From contig JACQZS010000206.1 in assembly GCA_016213725.1 (NCBI GenBank), positions 11,633-75,632 of the forward strand: a DNA stretch of 64,000 nt, written 5' to 3'. The stretch's first letter is position 1. Each line of letters opens with the position of its first letter. The notes beneath the pieces are model-generated. The model ran no database searches. It was given only the letters and a program-made list of their open reading frames with translations, and had not been told where the DNA came from. The position numbers and the translations under genes are program-made. This stretch comes from Acidobacteriota bacterium (GTDB lineage Bacteria; Acidobacteriota; Terriglobia; Bryobacterales; Bryobacteraceae). Shown here one piece after another: positions 19,933 to 29,095 of the stretch.

Positions 19933-20838
19933 ATGGCAAACCTCGGATTCCTCGGCCTCGGCATCATGGGCTACCCCATGGCCCGCCACTTACTCGCCGC
20001 CGGCCACCGCGTGGCACTTTGGTCGAACACCGCCTCCAAAGCCACGGAGCTGGCCGCGCAGGGCGACGGTATCGCCTGTGCCACTCCCCGCCAGGTGGCG
20101 GAGAGTGCTGACGTCATCTTCCTCTGTGTCGGCGACACCGACATGTCCGCCAAGGTCACTCTAGGCGAGAACGGGCTGGTGGAAGGGCTCCGCCCCGGCT
20201 CCGTCATCGCGGATTGCAGTACCATCTCCCCCTCCTACGCCAAGCGCGCCGCCGCCACGCTGGCCAAAAAGGGCGCCGACTTCCTGGATGCACCAGTCAC
20301 CGGGTCCAAGCCCGGCGCCGAAGGGGCCACGCTCACCTTCATGGTGGGGGGCGACCAGGCCGTCTATGAAAAAGTGAAGCCGTTTATGGAACTGATGGGC
20401 AAGCGGTTCTACTATTGCGGCCCTACGGGCCTTGGGCTGCATGCCAAGCTCACACAGAACCTGATCCTTTGCAATCTCTTACAGGCGTTCAACGAAGGCA
20501 TGGTGCTGGCCACCAAAGCGGGTGTGGATCCGGAACTCATGCTGGATATCCTCGAAAATTCCGCCGCCCGCAGCGGGATGGTGGCTTTCAAGGCCCCCTT
20601 TGTCTTCCGGCGGGACTTTTCCACCAATTTTTCAACACGTTGGATGCACAAGGACATCGGCCTCATGCTAGAGAGCGCCAATGAACTCCAAGTTCCCGTT
20701 CCGTTGACCGCTCTCACACGGGAACAGTTTCAGGTAGCCATCGCCAAGGGCCATGCTGAAGAGGATATGTGCAGTACTATCAAGGTTTTAGAGGAGATCG
20801 TGGGGGTCCAGGTAGTACCCCATTCCAAAAAATTGTAG
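19933..20838 (+). CDS. Beta-hydroxyacid dehydrogenase (3-hydroxyisobutyrate dehydrogenase / tartronate semialdehyde reductase family)
   Basis: GFLGLGIMG.PMA, FLDAPVTG, KL..N and KD motifs; SD AGGAG. Confidence 0.9.
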   Translation: MANLGFLGLGIMGYPMARHLLAAGHRVALWSNTASKATELAAQGDGIACATPRQVAESADVIFLCVGDTDMSAKVTLGENGLVEGLRPGSVIADCSTISPSYAKRAAATLAKKGADFLDAPVTGSKPGAEGATLTFMVGGDQAVYEKVKPFMELMGKRFYYCGPTGLGLHAKLTQNLILCNLLQAFNEGMVLATKAGVDPELMLDILENSAARSGMVAFKAPFVFRRDFSTNFSTRWMHKDIGLMLESANELQVPVPLTALTREQFQVAIAKGHAEEDMCSTIKVLEEIVGVQVVPHSKKL

Positions 20839-20846
20839 AAAAAAGC

Positions 20847-20875
20847 TTGCAATTTGGAATTCGGTATTCTAAGAT
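20847..20875 (+). promoter_or_regulatory. Near-consensus sigma70 promoter
   Basis: TTGCAA-N17-TAAGAT, preceded by an A-rich UP-like tract. Confidence 0.7.
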
Positions 20876-20881
20876 TGGAAT

Positions 20882-21090
20882 TAAGCCGGGGAGGCAACTC
20901 CCACCAAAGCGAGACTAACCTCAAAAGACCCCTGAAGCATTCTCCTCCCCGGCGCCCTCTGGGTCACACTTTCCCCCCACAAGTAGAACAAAGCCAAGTG
21001 ATTGAAGTGTGCATTCTCTCTTCGCCCTCTCGTCGCGGCCGCAAGGTCTCATGGCGCCGATAGGTCAAACTCCACGTTCCTTTGTTTACT
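20882..21090 (+). ncRNA. Candidate structured small RNA or long 5' leader
   Basis: Follows the promoter; 10-bp complement GCCGGGGAGG/CCTCCCCGGC; two GCAA-tetraloop hairpins; repeated GCATTCTC..CGCCCTCT; no credible ORF. The 3' end is approximate. Confidence 0.5.
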
Positions 21091-21120
21091 GAGATGCATC
21101 CATTAGACAGGCTCTAGTGG

Positions 21121-21129
21121 TGCTATGAT
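21121..21129 (+). promoter_or_regulatory. Extended -10 promoter for dxr-rseP
   Basis: TGCTATGAT, 15 nt upstream of the dxr ATG. Confidence 0.55.
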
Positions 21130-21144
21130 GAGCCTCGTCCGGAC

Positions 21145-22323
21145 ATGCAACGCGTAACACTTCTCGGTTCCACTGGCAGCATCGGCCAAAGCACGCTGGA
21201 CGTCATCCGTCAGAATCCCGGCCACTTCGAGGTATTTGCGCTGGTTGCCGGGAAGAACATCCGGGCACTGGCCGAACAGATTCGCGAGTTCCGGCCCCAG
21301 GTTGCCGTGGTGTCGGATCCGGCGGACCTGCCCGTCCTGCGCGAGCTTCTCGACGGTTTTCCAATTCCTGAATTGCTGGCCGGCAACGGCTGCTACTCGC
21401 AAGTCGCGGCCGCGGGCGAGACCGACGTGCTGGTCTCCGCCATCGTCGGTGTAGCCGGGATGGAGGCCACCTACCAGGCCATCTGCCGCCGCAAGCGCAT
21501 TGGTCTGGCCAACAAAGAGACTCTGGTGGCCGGCGGCAGCCTGATCATGGGTGCGGTCAAGCAGTACGGCGTCGAGTTGATCCCGATCGATAGCGAGCAC
21601 AACGGCGCACACCAGTGCTTTCGCGCCGGCAATCGCGCCGACGTCACCAAGTTGATTCTCACCGCTTCCGGCGGCCCTTTCCGGAACACGCCCAAAGAGG
21701 CATTTGCGTCAGTGACACCAAAACAGGCCCTGAACCATCCAACTTGGAAGATGGGCCAGCGCATCACAATCGACTCCGCCACGCTCATGAACAAGGGCTT
21801 CGAGGTGATCGAGGCCTGCTGGCTCTTTGACTTGCCGCCTGACCAGGTAGAGGTTGTAGTCCACCCGCAGTCCACTGTCCACGCCATGGTGGAATACAAT
21901 GACGGCAGCGTCATCGCTCAAGTTTGCGCTACCGACATGCGCATGCCCATCCAATATGCATTGACGTGGCCAGACCGCTGGTCCGCACCCGTTCCACGCA
22001 TCGATTGGACGAAGCCCCGCTCCTGGGATTTCCATCCGCCCGACCTGGACAAGTTCCCGCTGCTCCGCCTGGCCTATGAAACGCAGAAGGCCGGCGGAAC
22101 GGCCACATGTACGTTGAACGCCGCCGATGAAGTCGCCGTTGAATCGTTTCTACGCGGCGAGATTTCGTTCCCCGGCATCGCTGAAGTGGTGGAGGAGACG
22201 TTGCAGAAAGTAGCCTCCGTGAACGCCGCTTCCATCGCCGAGGTCCTAGATAAGGACAGGGAGTCGCGTCAGGCCGCCGCGCAGATTGTCGCGGAAAAAA
22301 GCGGCGCACGAGTTCCGGCCTGA
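21145..22323 (+). CDS. dxr: 1-deoxy-D-xylulose 5-phosphate reductoisomerase
   Basis: LGSTGSIG, LANKETLV, PIDSEH, LTASGGPF and HPTW.MG..ITIDSATLMNKG.EVIEA. Confidence 0.98.
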   Translation: MQRVTLLGSTGSIGQSTLDVIRQNPGHFEVFALVAGKNIRALAEQIREFRPQVAVVSDPADLPVLRELLDGFPIPELLAGNGCYSQVAAAGETDVLVSAIVGVAGMEATYQAICRRKRIGLANKETLVAGGSLIMGAVKQYGVELIPIDSEHNGAHQCFRAGNRADVTKLILTASGGPFRNTPKEAFASVTPKQALNHPTWKMGQRITIDSATLMNKGFEVIEACWLFDLPPDQVEVVVHPQSTVHAMVEYNDGSVIAQVCATDMRMPIQYALTWPDRWSAPVPRIDWTKPRSWDFHPPDLDKFPLLRLAYETQKAGGTATCTLNAADEVAVESFLRGEISFPGIAEVVEETLQKVASVNAASIAEVLDKDRESRQAAAQIVAEKSGARVPA

Positions 22324-22350
22324 ATCGATATGATCGTATAGGAAGCCTGA

Positions 22351-23661
22351 ATGGTTCTTTTTGAAAACATCTGGTGGCTGTTGGTCCTGATCGGGGTGAT
22401 GATCATCATCCACGAATTGGGCCATTACTGGGCCGCCCGCCTCTTCGACATCCGCGTGGACACCTTCAGCATCGGCTTCGGTCCACGGCTGTTCGGGTTC
22501 CAGAAGGGCGAAACCGACTTTCGCGTGGCGTGGATTCCCCTGGGCGGCTATGTCCGCATGGCCGGCGAGCAGCCCACGGATGAACCCGATCCCCGCGGCT
22601 TTCTCTCCAAGCCCAGATGGCAGCGTCTGATTGTTGTCTTTGCCGGGCCCGCCATGAATGTGATTCTGGCCGTGGCTCTGCTGGCAGGGCTGTACATGGT
22701 TCGCTATCCGAAACTGGCGAGCGCCCAGGGGCCAGCCACCATCGGCTATGTGAAGCCGAACTCTCCCGCCGCCGAAGCGGGCGTCCAGGCCGGGGACGTC
22801 ATCGTCCAGGTGGAGGACGAGGCAAACCCGACATGGGAAGACGTGCTGCTGCGGGAAGTGGTGAGCGCCAATCGCGCGCTGCCCATCGTGATCCAGCGCG
22901 GCGCGGAGCGCCTGCCGATGATGGTGACCCCGGAGATCGATCCCAAAGCCGGCGTTGGCCTCGCCGGATGGGCTGAGAAAACCGAGATTGAAGTGGGTGG
23001 CCTGGTACCAGGCCTGGATGCCGAAAAGAAGGGCCTGCAAAAGGGCGACCTGCTGGTGAGCATCAACGGCCAACCGATCACCACCGTTTATCAAATTCAC
23101 GAAGTGCTGCGGCAGACCTCGGGCGCGCCCGTCACTCTGCTTTACCGCCGCAACGGCCAGGACGCCACGGTGCAGATCCAGCCAAAAATGTCGGACCAGA
23201 GCGGCGCACAGCGCTGGATGATCGGCGTAGAGCTGGCTCCGCGCATGATCTATTCGCGCCTTTCGCCCGCTGCGGCGATCAAGGAATCGGTGAAACAGAA
23301 CGCCAAGGGCGCAACGCTCATCTACCAGTTCCTGCACGCCATCATCGAACGCCGCTCCTCGCCCAAGTCTCTGGAAGGCCCCATCCGCATCGCCCAACTT
23401 TCGGGCGAAGCCGCCCGCGAGGGCCCGATGTCCTTCGTCAACCTGATGGCGACCGTCAGCCTGAACCTGGCCATCTTCAATCTGCTGCCGATTCCGATCC
23501 TGGACGGCGGCGTGATCCTGCTGCTGCTGATCGAGATTCTGATCCGGCGCGACCTCAGCCTCTCTCTCAAGGAAACGGTCTTCAAGCTCGGTTTCGTTTT
23601 CCTGATGATGGTGGTGGTCTTCGTCCTCTACAACGACATCAGCAAGATCCTTCCGGGCTGA
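22351..23661 (+). CDS. rseP: RIP metalloprotease RseP (site-2 protease with 2 PDZ domains)
   Basis: HELGH and NLLPIPILDGG motifs; conserved dxr-rseP synteny. Confidence 0.95.
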   Translation: MVLFENIWWLLVLIGVMIIIHELGHYWAARLFDIRVDTFSIGFGPRLFGFQKGETDFRVAWIPLGGYVRMAGEQPTDEPDPRGFLSKPRWQRLIVVFAGPAMNVILAVALLAGLYMVRYPKLASAQGPATIGYVKPNSPAAEAGVQAGDVIVQVEDEANPTWEDVLLREVVSANRALPIVIQRGAERLPMMVTPEIDPKAGVGLAGWAEKTEIEVGGLVPGLDAEKKGLQKGDLLVSINGQPITTVYQIHEVLRQTSGAPVTLLYRRNGQDATVQIQPKMSDQSGAQRWMIGVELAPRMIYSRLSPAAAIKESVKQNAKGATLIYQFLHAIIERRSSPKSLEGPIRIAQLSGEAAREGPMSFVNLMATVSLNLAIFNLLPIPILDGGVILLLLIEILIRRDLSLSLKETVFKLGFVFLMMVVVFVLYNDISKILPG

Positions 23662-23780
23662 GGGCTCTGCTCTCCTCTGAAATCACATCGCCTTGCTTCG
23701 TCGGGCCTTCCCCGCGAAGACACCCCAAACCAGCGCTCAGACGCCTTGGCGCGCGCTTCTGCTATTCGCGCGTTGTTCGA

Positions 23781-23809
23781 TTGAACTCCCCAGAAACCGG
23801 TGCTACCCT
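23781..23809 (+). promoter_or_regulatory. sigma70-type promoter candidate for the PEP-CTERM gene
   Basis: TTGAAC-N17-TACCCT with a TG extension. Confidence 0.45.
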
Positions 23810-23853
23810 CTGCTCAGCGAATCAGCTAATTCTTCGTCCGGAGGAGGACCAGA

Positions 23854-24591
23854 ATGCAAGTTGGTGATTCTCTGCTGAAGGGAGTCGTCTGTCTGCTGAT
23901 TGCAACGACTGCCCAGGCCGCTGTGATCGGCACTTGGAGTGGATCCTCTCGCAGCTTGAACAATTCCGATATGTCCAGCCTGGCATCCACGCTCACGGGA
24001 GCCGGGCACACGATCATGCCTGACGGTGCCATCACCGATGGCAACCTGGGCCTGTTGAATCTCTATTGGATTGGAGAACCGTTGTCGACGCCCACCGCCG
24101 GAGAACTCACCAGTCTCACAAACTGGGTGACTGGCGGAGGCATCCTCCTGCTGCTCTTCGATTCCGGTTGCGGTGGTTGCGTAGGGGGCAACGGCATCCT
24201 AACGGGCCTTGGGACCTCCATGGTCGCCGGCGGATCCGCCACAGACGCGGCTCTCGCCGGTGGGAACCCCGCGACGACGGGAGGTCCCTACAACCTGGTA
24301 GGTCAATCTCTGAACACATCTCCGGGTACTGCGATTACGGGAGGCACTGCTCTGGCCGGAAGCATCCTGGCTTATCAAGCCTTGGGCACCGGCCACGTAT
24401 TCGCCTTTGGTGACCGCTCTGACCACAACGTCTTTGGCAACACGTCCGCGACAGTGAACGGGCAACTCTTTCTGAATATCGCGGCCATGGGGCCTTCCCA
24501 GTCCGTGCCAATCGGAGAGGTGCCCGAACCCGCGACTCCTCTCCTGCTGGGGGTAGGCCTGGTTGTGCTTGCCGTGCTCCGCTCCCGCTAG
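23854..24591 (+). CDS. PEP-CTERM sorting domain surface protein (Gly/Thr-rich)
   Basis: Signal peptide; C-terminal VPEPAT-hydrophobic-RSR; SD GGAGGA. Confidence 0.88.
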   Translation: MQVGDSLLKGVVCLLIATTAQAAVIGTWSGSSRSLNNSDMSSLASTLTGAGHTIMPDGAITDGNLGLLNLYWIGEPLSTPTAGELTSLTNWVTGGGILLLLFDSGCGGCVGGNGILTGLGTSMVAGGSATDAALAGGNPATTGGPYNLVGQSLNTSPGTAITGGTALAGSILAYQALGTGHVFAFGDRSDHNVFGNTSATVNGQLFLNIAAMGPSQSVPIGEVPEPATPLLLGVGLVVLAVLRSR

Positions 24592-24709
24592 GAGCGCAAG
24601 AGTATCGGTCAGCGCGGAACAACATCGCGGCGAGGCGCTTTGCCAGCCTGCCGGGGGCAAGCCGCAAGGCCTGATCTTTCAAGGCAGGCAACGTGTGTGG
24701 TTGCTGACC

Positions 24710-25489
24710 TCAGCGCATCGGCGAATACGCCGCGGCCTTAAAGAGCGAGATCTGGCTGACGCTGGAGATCTGTCCGCCCTTGGCGATCGACTCTGCCCGG
24801 ACCTTTACCCATTCCGGATCAGCGCCGAACGCCGCCCAGGCCTTCTCTCTGGCCGCCAGATTGTCGAACGGCGTGAGGTAGACCAGGTTCGGCTTCTGCG
24901 GACCGATAAGTGTGGACGAGTAGAGCACCGGCCGGATCCCGCAGCGGTGAAAGATCTGGATCTCCGGTCCGGCAAAGCGCTCATGCAGCAGCTTCAGCTG
25001 ACGCTCCGTGGGGGAGTGATAGACGCGCAGTTCGAAGACGCGCGGCTGCTCGCGATACATCAAGTTCTGAATCAGCGGCGGCTGGTACGGGGCCGCTTCC
25101 AACAAACTCTCGGAGAAATGTTCGTAAGGCGCCTCATCGCCCTTTTCCCACTCCGCCAGCGCGGCGCGGAATTTGTCATCCTCTGAACGCTTCTTCCGTG
25201 TCTCCATCATCTCGTCGAGCGAGGCGAATGCGGTGACGCACGCTATCTGCGGCATGTGCGGAGCCACCAGGGCCTCCAGCACCGCCAGCGGCCCGGGGAT
25301 CCTCAGCCGGTGCGCCGTCTCCAGCGGCCCTGCCTGCAAATAGGCGGCGAGGCGCGCCCCCTGGGTGCCGTTCTTCAGAAAATACTGCTCCAGCACAAAG
25401 TACCTCGGCACTGCCGTGGGCGCGGCCTGCGCATTGCCCAGGCCTGCACTCAAGGCTCCTGTGATCTCGAGAAATGAACGCCGTTGCAT
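24710..25489 (-). CDS. Tat-exported NIPSNAP-family protein (two domains)
   Basis: MQRRSFL; FELRVY, LHERF and REKAWAAFGADPEW motifs. Confidence 0.85.
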   Translation of the reverse strand: MQRRSFLEITGALSAGLGNAQAAPTAVPRYFVLEQYFLKNGTQGARLAAYLQAGPLETAHRLRIPGPLAVLEALVAPHMPQIACVTAFASLDEMMETRKKRSEDDKFRAALAEWEKGDEAPYEHFSESLLEAAPYQPPLIQNLMYREQPRVFELRVYHSPTERQLKLLHERFAGPEIQIFHRCGIRPVLYSSTLIGPQKPNLVYLTPFDNLAAREKAWAAFGADPEWVKVRAESIAKGGQISSVSQISLFKAAAYSPMR

Positions 25490-25528
25490 ACGACCTCCTC
25501 GCTTTGACAGGCTATCAGATGAGCCGTC

Positions 25529-28207
25529 ATGCGTTCTCTTCCGCTCATCGTTCTGTGCCTGCCTCTGGCTGCCGCTGATTATCTACCCCCTGCCGGCACC
25601 CGTCCAACTGCGCGCCGTCCGGGCGCTGAGACGATTCTCCCGGGGGGCCGCATCGTTGCTCCGCTTGGGCGCCAGTTCAATCTAGGACCCGGCGCTTTCG
25701 GTCTGGCCCTGAGTCCGGACGGCAAGCTCGCGGTCACCGCCAACGGCGGCCCGGACCGCTATTCTCTCAGCGTTCTCGATATGTCGTCCGAGCCCTGGAA
25801 GGTCAGCAGCCTCAATACCAGGCCCAGGGAAGAGAAGGCCGCGTCAGAAGAAGAGGATTGGCGCAGTGTCTTCATGGGGCTCGCATTCACCGCCGAGCGC
25901 CGGTTGCTCGCGTCAGAGGGCAACTCCGGCCGTGTCCGTGAACTTGTCCTCCCCACCGGCCGCGTGGAGCGGATCTTCCAGCTCAACCAGGGCCAGTGGA
26001 AGGACTCCTACTCCGGCGACTTGAGCCTCGATGCCGAGCGCCAGATCCTCTACGTCGTCGATCAATCCAACTTCCGCGTCGCCGTCTTCGACCTGCGCAC
26101 CCGCCGCCTGATCGCCTCCGTGCGCACCGGCCGCCTGCCCTTCAAGTCCGTGCTCTCCCCGGACCGCCGCCGGCTCTACGTCACCAACATCGGCATGTTC
26201 GAATACAAGCCAGTTCCCGGTGCAGATCCCAAAGACGCCGTGAAGACCGGCCTGCCCTTCCCAGCCTTTGGCTTCCCCTCGCCCGAAGCTGTCAATGGGG
26301 CGCGCCGTGAAACGGCAGCCGGCCCCGTCGATGTACCCGGCCTCGGCGATCCCAATTCCGAACTCTCCAACTCGCTCTGCGTTATTGACGTGGCCGATCC
26401 GGCAAACCCGCGCGTCGTCAAGTTCGTCCGCACCGGAGAACCCTTTGGCCCGCGCAGCCTCGGCGGCTCCAGCCCCTCCGGAGTCACCGCCCTCGCTTCC
26501 ACCATCTACGTCTCCAACGGCAACCAGGACACCATCTCCGTCATCGACGCCATTACGCTCACTGTCCGGCAGACCATTGCCCTGCGCATTCCCGGTCTGG
26601 AAAAATACCGCGGCATTCTCCCCATCGGCCTCTCGCTCGACATCCCCAACAATCGCCTCCTCGTCGCCGAAGCCGGCATCAATGCGGTCGGCATTGTGGA
26701 CCTCACTTCACACCAACTGGCCGCGCACCTCCCGGCTGGGTGGTTCCCCACCGCAGTCCTGGCCGAGCGCGGCAATATGTATGTCGCCTCCGCCAAAGGC
26801 ATAGGCACTGGGCCCAACGCCTCGCGCACCGCACCCTTGGAGCGCAGCTTTCAGGCTGAACTTCGCAGCGGACTGCTCTCCGTATATCCCACGCCGCTCA
26901 ACCGCCTTCTCCCCATTCACACCGAGCGCGTGATGGCCTTCAATGGCTTCCTGCCCGCGGCCGACGAGCCGCGCCAGTTGCCCGTGGAACTCCGCCACGT
27001 CGTCATCATCGTCAAAGAAAACCGCACCTACGACGAGGTCTTCGGCGACATCGAATCCGACTCTCTCGGAACCCTCCGCGGCGCCCCTGAACTGGCCCGC
27101 TTCGGCGTCCGCGGCTGGCCCACCATCGACAAGGACTCTCTCCGCGTCCGCCTGGAAAAGAAGTACTACAACGTCTCGCCCAATCATCACGCCCTCGCGC
27201 AGCGCTACGCCTTTTCAGACAACTTCTACGCCGATTCCGAAGTGAGTGTGGACGGTCACCACTGGATCGTCGGCTCCTATCCCAACGCCTGGACCGAATC
27301 GTCACTCATGGCCTCGTATGGGGGCATGAAGGACTTCCGTATGCCCACCACCGCGCCTGGCCGCCTGAGCGTCGCGCAGAGCAACTCCAGCCTTCATCCC
27401 GAGGAGCAACTCGAGAACGGAGCGCTCTGGCACCACCTCGATCGCAACGGCGTCTCCTTCCGGAACTTCGGCGAGGGTTTCGAACTCGCGGGCGTCGCAG
27501 AAGATCCTGGCGAGATGCCCACCGGCGCGCGCTTCCTCACAAACGTCCCCATGCCCTACCCGCTGTGGGAGAACACCTCGCGCAACTACCCGCAGTTCAA
27601 CATGAACGTGCCCGACCAGTACCGCGCCGAGGCTTTCATCCGCGAGATTGAAGAACTGTACGTCAAGCCCGGCAAAGAACTGCCCCGCCTCATCTTCATC
27701 CACCTGCCCGGCGACCATGGCGCCAAGGTCCGCCCCGGCGACGGCTTTCCCGTCAACATCTCCTACATGGCCGACAACGACTACGCGCTGGGCCGCATCA
27801 CCGAGTACCTCTCAAAAAGCAAGTGGTGGCGCAGCATGGCCGTCTTCATTACCGAAGATGACGCGCAGGGCGGCGTCGATCACCAGGACTCGCACCGCAC
27901 CATCTTCATGCTGGCCAGCCCGTTCGCCAGGAAGAACTACGCCTCGCGAGCCAACGCCAGCTTCCCGGCGCTTCTCAAAACCGCGTTCCGCGTCCTGGGC
28001 ATCCCGCCGCTCAACCTCTACGACGCCACCGCGGCCGACCTTACGGATTGCTTCACATCGATCCCTGATTTCACGCCCTTCAGCGCCATCCGTCCCGACC
28101 CTGAAATCTTCGTCCCCGAAAAGGCCAAAGACCCGGCCGATCCGCAACCCTCCCCGCGCATGGACGACCCCAACGTCCTCCGCGAACAGCACCGCACCCG
28201 GCAATAG
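25529..28207 (+). CDS. YncE/YVTN beta-propeller fused to a phosphoesterase (alkaline phosphatase/phospholipase C-like) domain
   Basis: Signal peptide; propeller repeats; IIVKENRTYD, SDNFY, S.DGH.W and EDDAQGG.DH.DSHR. Confidence 0.85.
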   Translation: MRSLPLIVLCLPLAAADYLPPAGTRPTARRPGAETILPGGRIVAPLGRQFNLGPGAFGLALSPDGKLAVTANGGPDRYSLSVLDMSSEPWKVSSLNTRPREEKAASEEEDWRSVFMGLAFTAERRLLASEGNSGRVRELVLPTGRVERIFQLNQGQWKDSYSGDLSLDAERQILYVVDQSNFRVAVFDLRTRRLIASVRTGRLPFKSVLSPDRRRLYVTNIGMFEYKPVPGADPKDAVKTGLPFPAFGFPSPEAVNGARRETAAGPVDVPGLGDPNSELSNSLCVIDVADPANPRVVKFVRTGEPFGPRSLGGSSPSGVTALASTIYVSNGNQDTISVIDAITLTVRQTIALRIPGLEKYRGILPIGLSLDIPNNRLLVAEAGINAVGIVDLTSHQLAAHLPAGWFPTAVLAERGNMYVASAKGIGTGPNASRTAPLERSFQAELRSGLLSVYPTPLNRLLPIHTERVMAFNGFLPAADEPRQLPVELRHVVIIVKENRTYDEVFGDIESDSLGTLRGAPELARFGVRGWPTIDKDSLRVRLEKKYYNVSPNHHALAQRYAFSDNFYADSEVSVDGHHWIVGSYPNAWTESSLMASYGGMKDFRMPTTAPGRLSVAQSNSSLHPEEQLENGALWHHLDRNGVSFRNFGEGFELAGVAEDPGEMPTGARFLTNVPMPYPLWENTSRNYPQFNMNVPDQYRAEAFIREIEELYVKPGKELPRLIFIHLPGDHGAKVRPGDGFPVNISYMADNDYALGRITEYLSKSKWWRSMAVFITEDDAQGGVDHQDSHRTIFMLASPFARKNYASRANASFPALLKTAFRVLGIPPLNLYDATAADLTDCFTSIPDFTPFSAIRPDPEIFVPEKAKDPADPQPSPRMDDPNVLREQHRTRQ

Positions 28208-29095
28208 TCACTTCGCCCGCGGGTGCGCCTGGTCGTACACCGCCATGATGTCCTTCAGCGAGAGCTGAGTATATTTCTGCGTTGTCGAAAGCGACGCGTG
28301 CCCCAGCAGCTCCTGAATCGCGCGCAGGTCCGCCCCGGCGCTCAGGAGGTGCGTGGCATAGGCGTGCCGCAGCGTGTGCGGGTGCAGCGACGAATCGCCC
28401 GCCAGCGCGATGGCGTACATCTTCAGAACGCCGCGCGCGCCGCGGTCGGTCAGCCGGTTGCCTCTGGCGTTCAGGAACACCGCGCCGCTGCCGCGCCCTT
28501 CCACGTAACTCTTCAGCGCCGCCAGCGCGCGGCCCGGCACCGGCACCTGCCTCTCCTTCTTGCCCTTGCCGCGCACTCTCACCCAGCCGTCGCGCCAGTC
28601 GAAGTCATCCACGTTCAACCCCGCCAACTCGCTTACGCGCAGCCCGCAGCCGTAGAGCACTTCGAGCATCGCCAGGTCCCGCGCCGGATCGGGCCGCTCC
28701 AATTCACCCGCGGCTACAGCGTCGATCCACCTGTTGGTCTGCTCCTCCGTCGGCACCGCCGGCAGCTTCTTTGGCAGGCGCGGCGTAACCAACAACTTCG
28801 CCCGGTTCAGCGTCACCGCGCCGCGCTTCAGGCAATGGTCGAACAGGCTGCGGACCGCCGCCAGTTTGCGCCGGATGGTCGGTTTCGACAAGCCCTGCTC
28901 GTGCAGGTCCGCCAGCCATTCGCGCAGCATCAGCTGATCGAACTCGGCCGGAGCCGGCGGAGCCAGGTCCGCTCGCGTGAAGTAGGCGGCGAACTGCGCC
29001 AGGTCTGCGCCGTAGTTGCGAATGGTGTGCGCAGAAGCGTCCTCTCGCTTCAGCTCTTCCAGGTACTCGCTGATCCAGCGCTCAAGCTCGCTCAT
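28208..29095 (-). CDS. xerC: Tyrosine recombinase XerC
   Basis: LYGCGLRVSEL, GKGKKER, HTLRHAYATH and LLGHASLSTTQKYT; trmFO-xerC synteny. Confidence 0.88.
   Translation of the reverse strand: MSELERWISEYLEELKREDASAHTIRNYGADLAQFAAYFTRADLAPPAPAEFDQLMLREWLADLHEQGLSKPTIRRKLAAVRSLFDHCLKRGAVTLNRAKLLVTPRLPKKLPAVPTEEQTNRWIDAVAAGELERPDPARDLAMLEVLYGCGLRVSELAGLNVDDFDWRDGWVRVRGKGKKERQVPVPGRALAALKSYVEGRGSGAVFLNARGNRLTDRGARGVLKMYAIALAGDSSLHPHTLRHAYATHLLSAGADLRAIQELLGHASLSTTQKYTQLSLKDIMAVYDQAHPRAK

Noticed and set aside
20854-21063. 69-aa ORF in the intergenic region before dxr
   Set aside because: The TTG start lies inside the promoter spacer, there is no SD and codon usage is atypical; an RNA-level explanation fits better.
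28208-29095. Tyrosine recombinase as a phage or island integrase
   Set aside because: Size, motifs and coupling to trmFO fit housekeeping XerC; no att repeats, tRNA or cargo genes; no dif-like site noticed.
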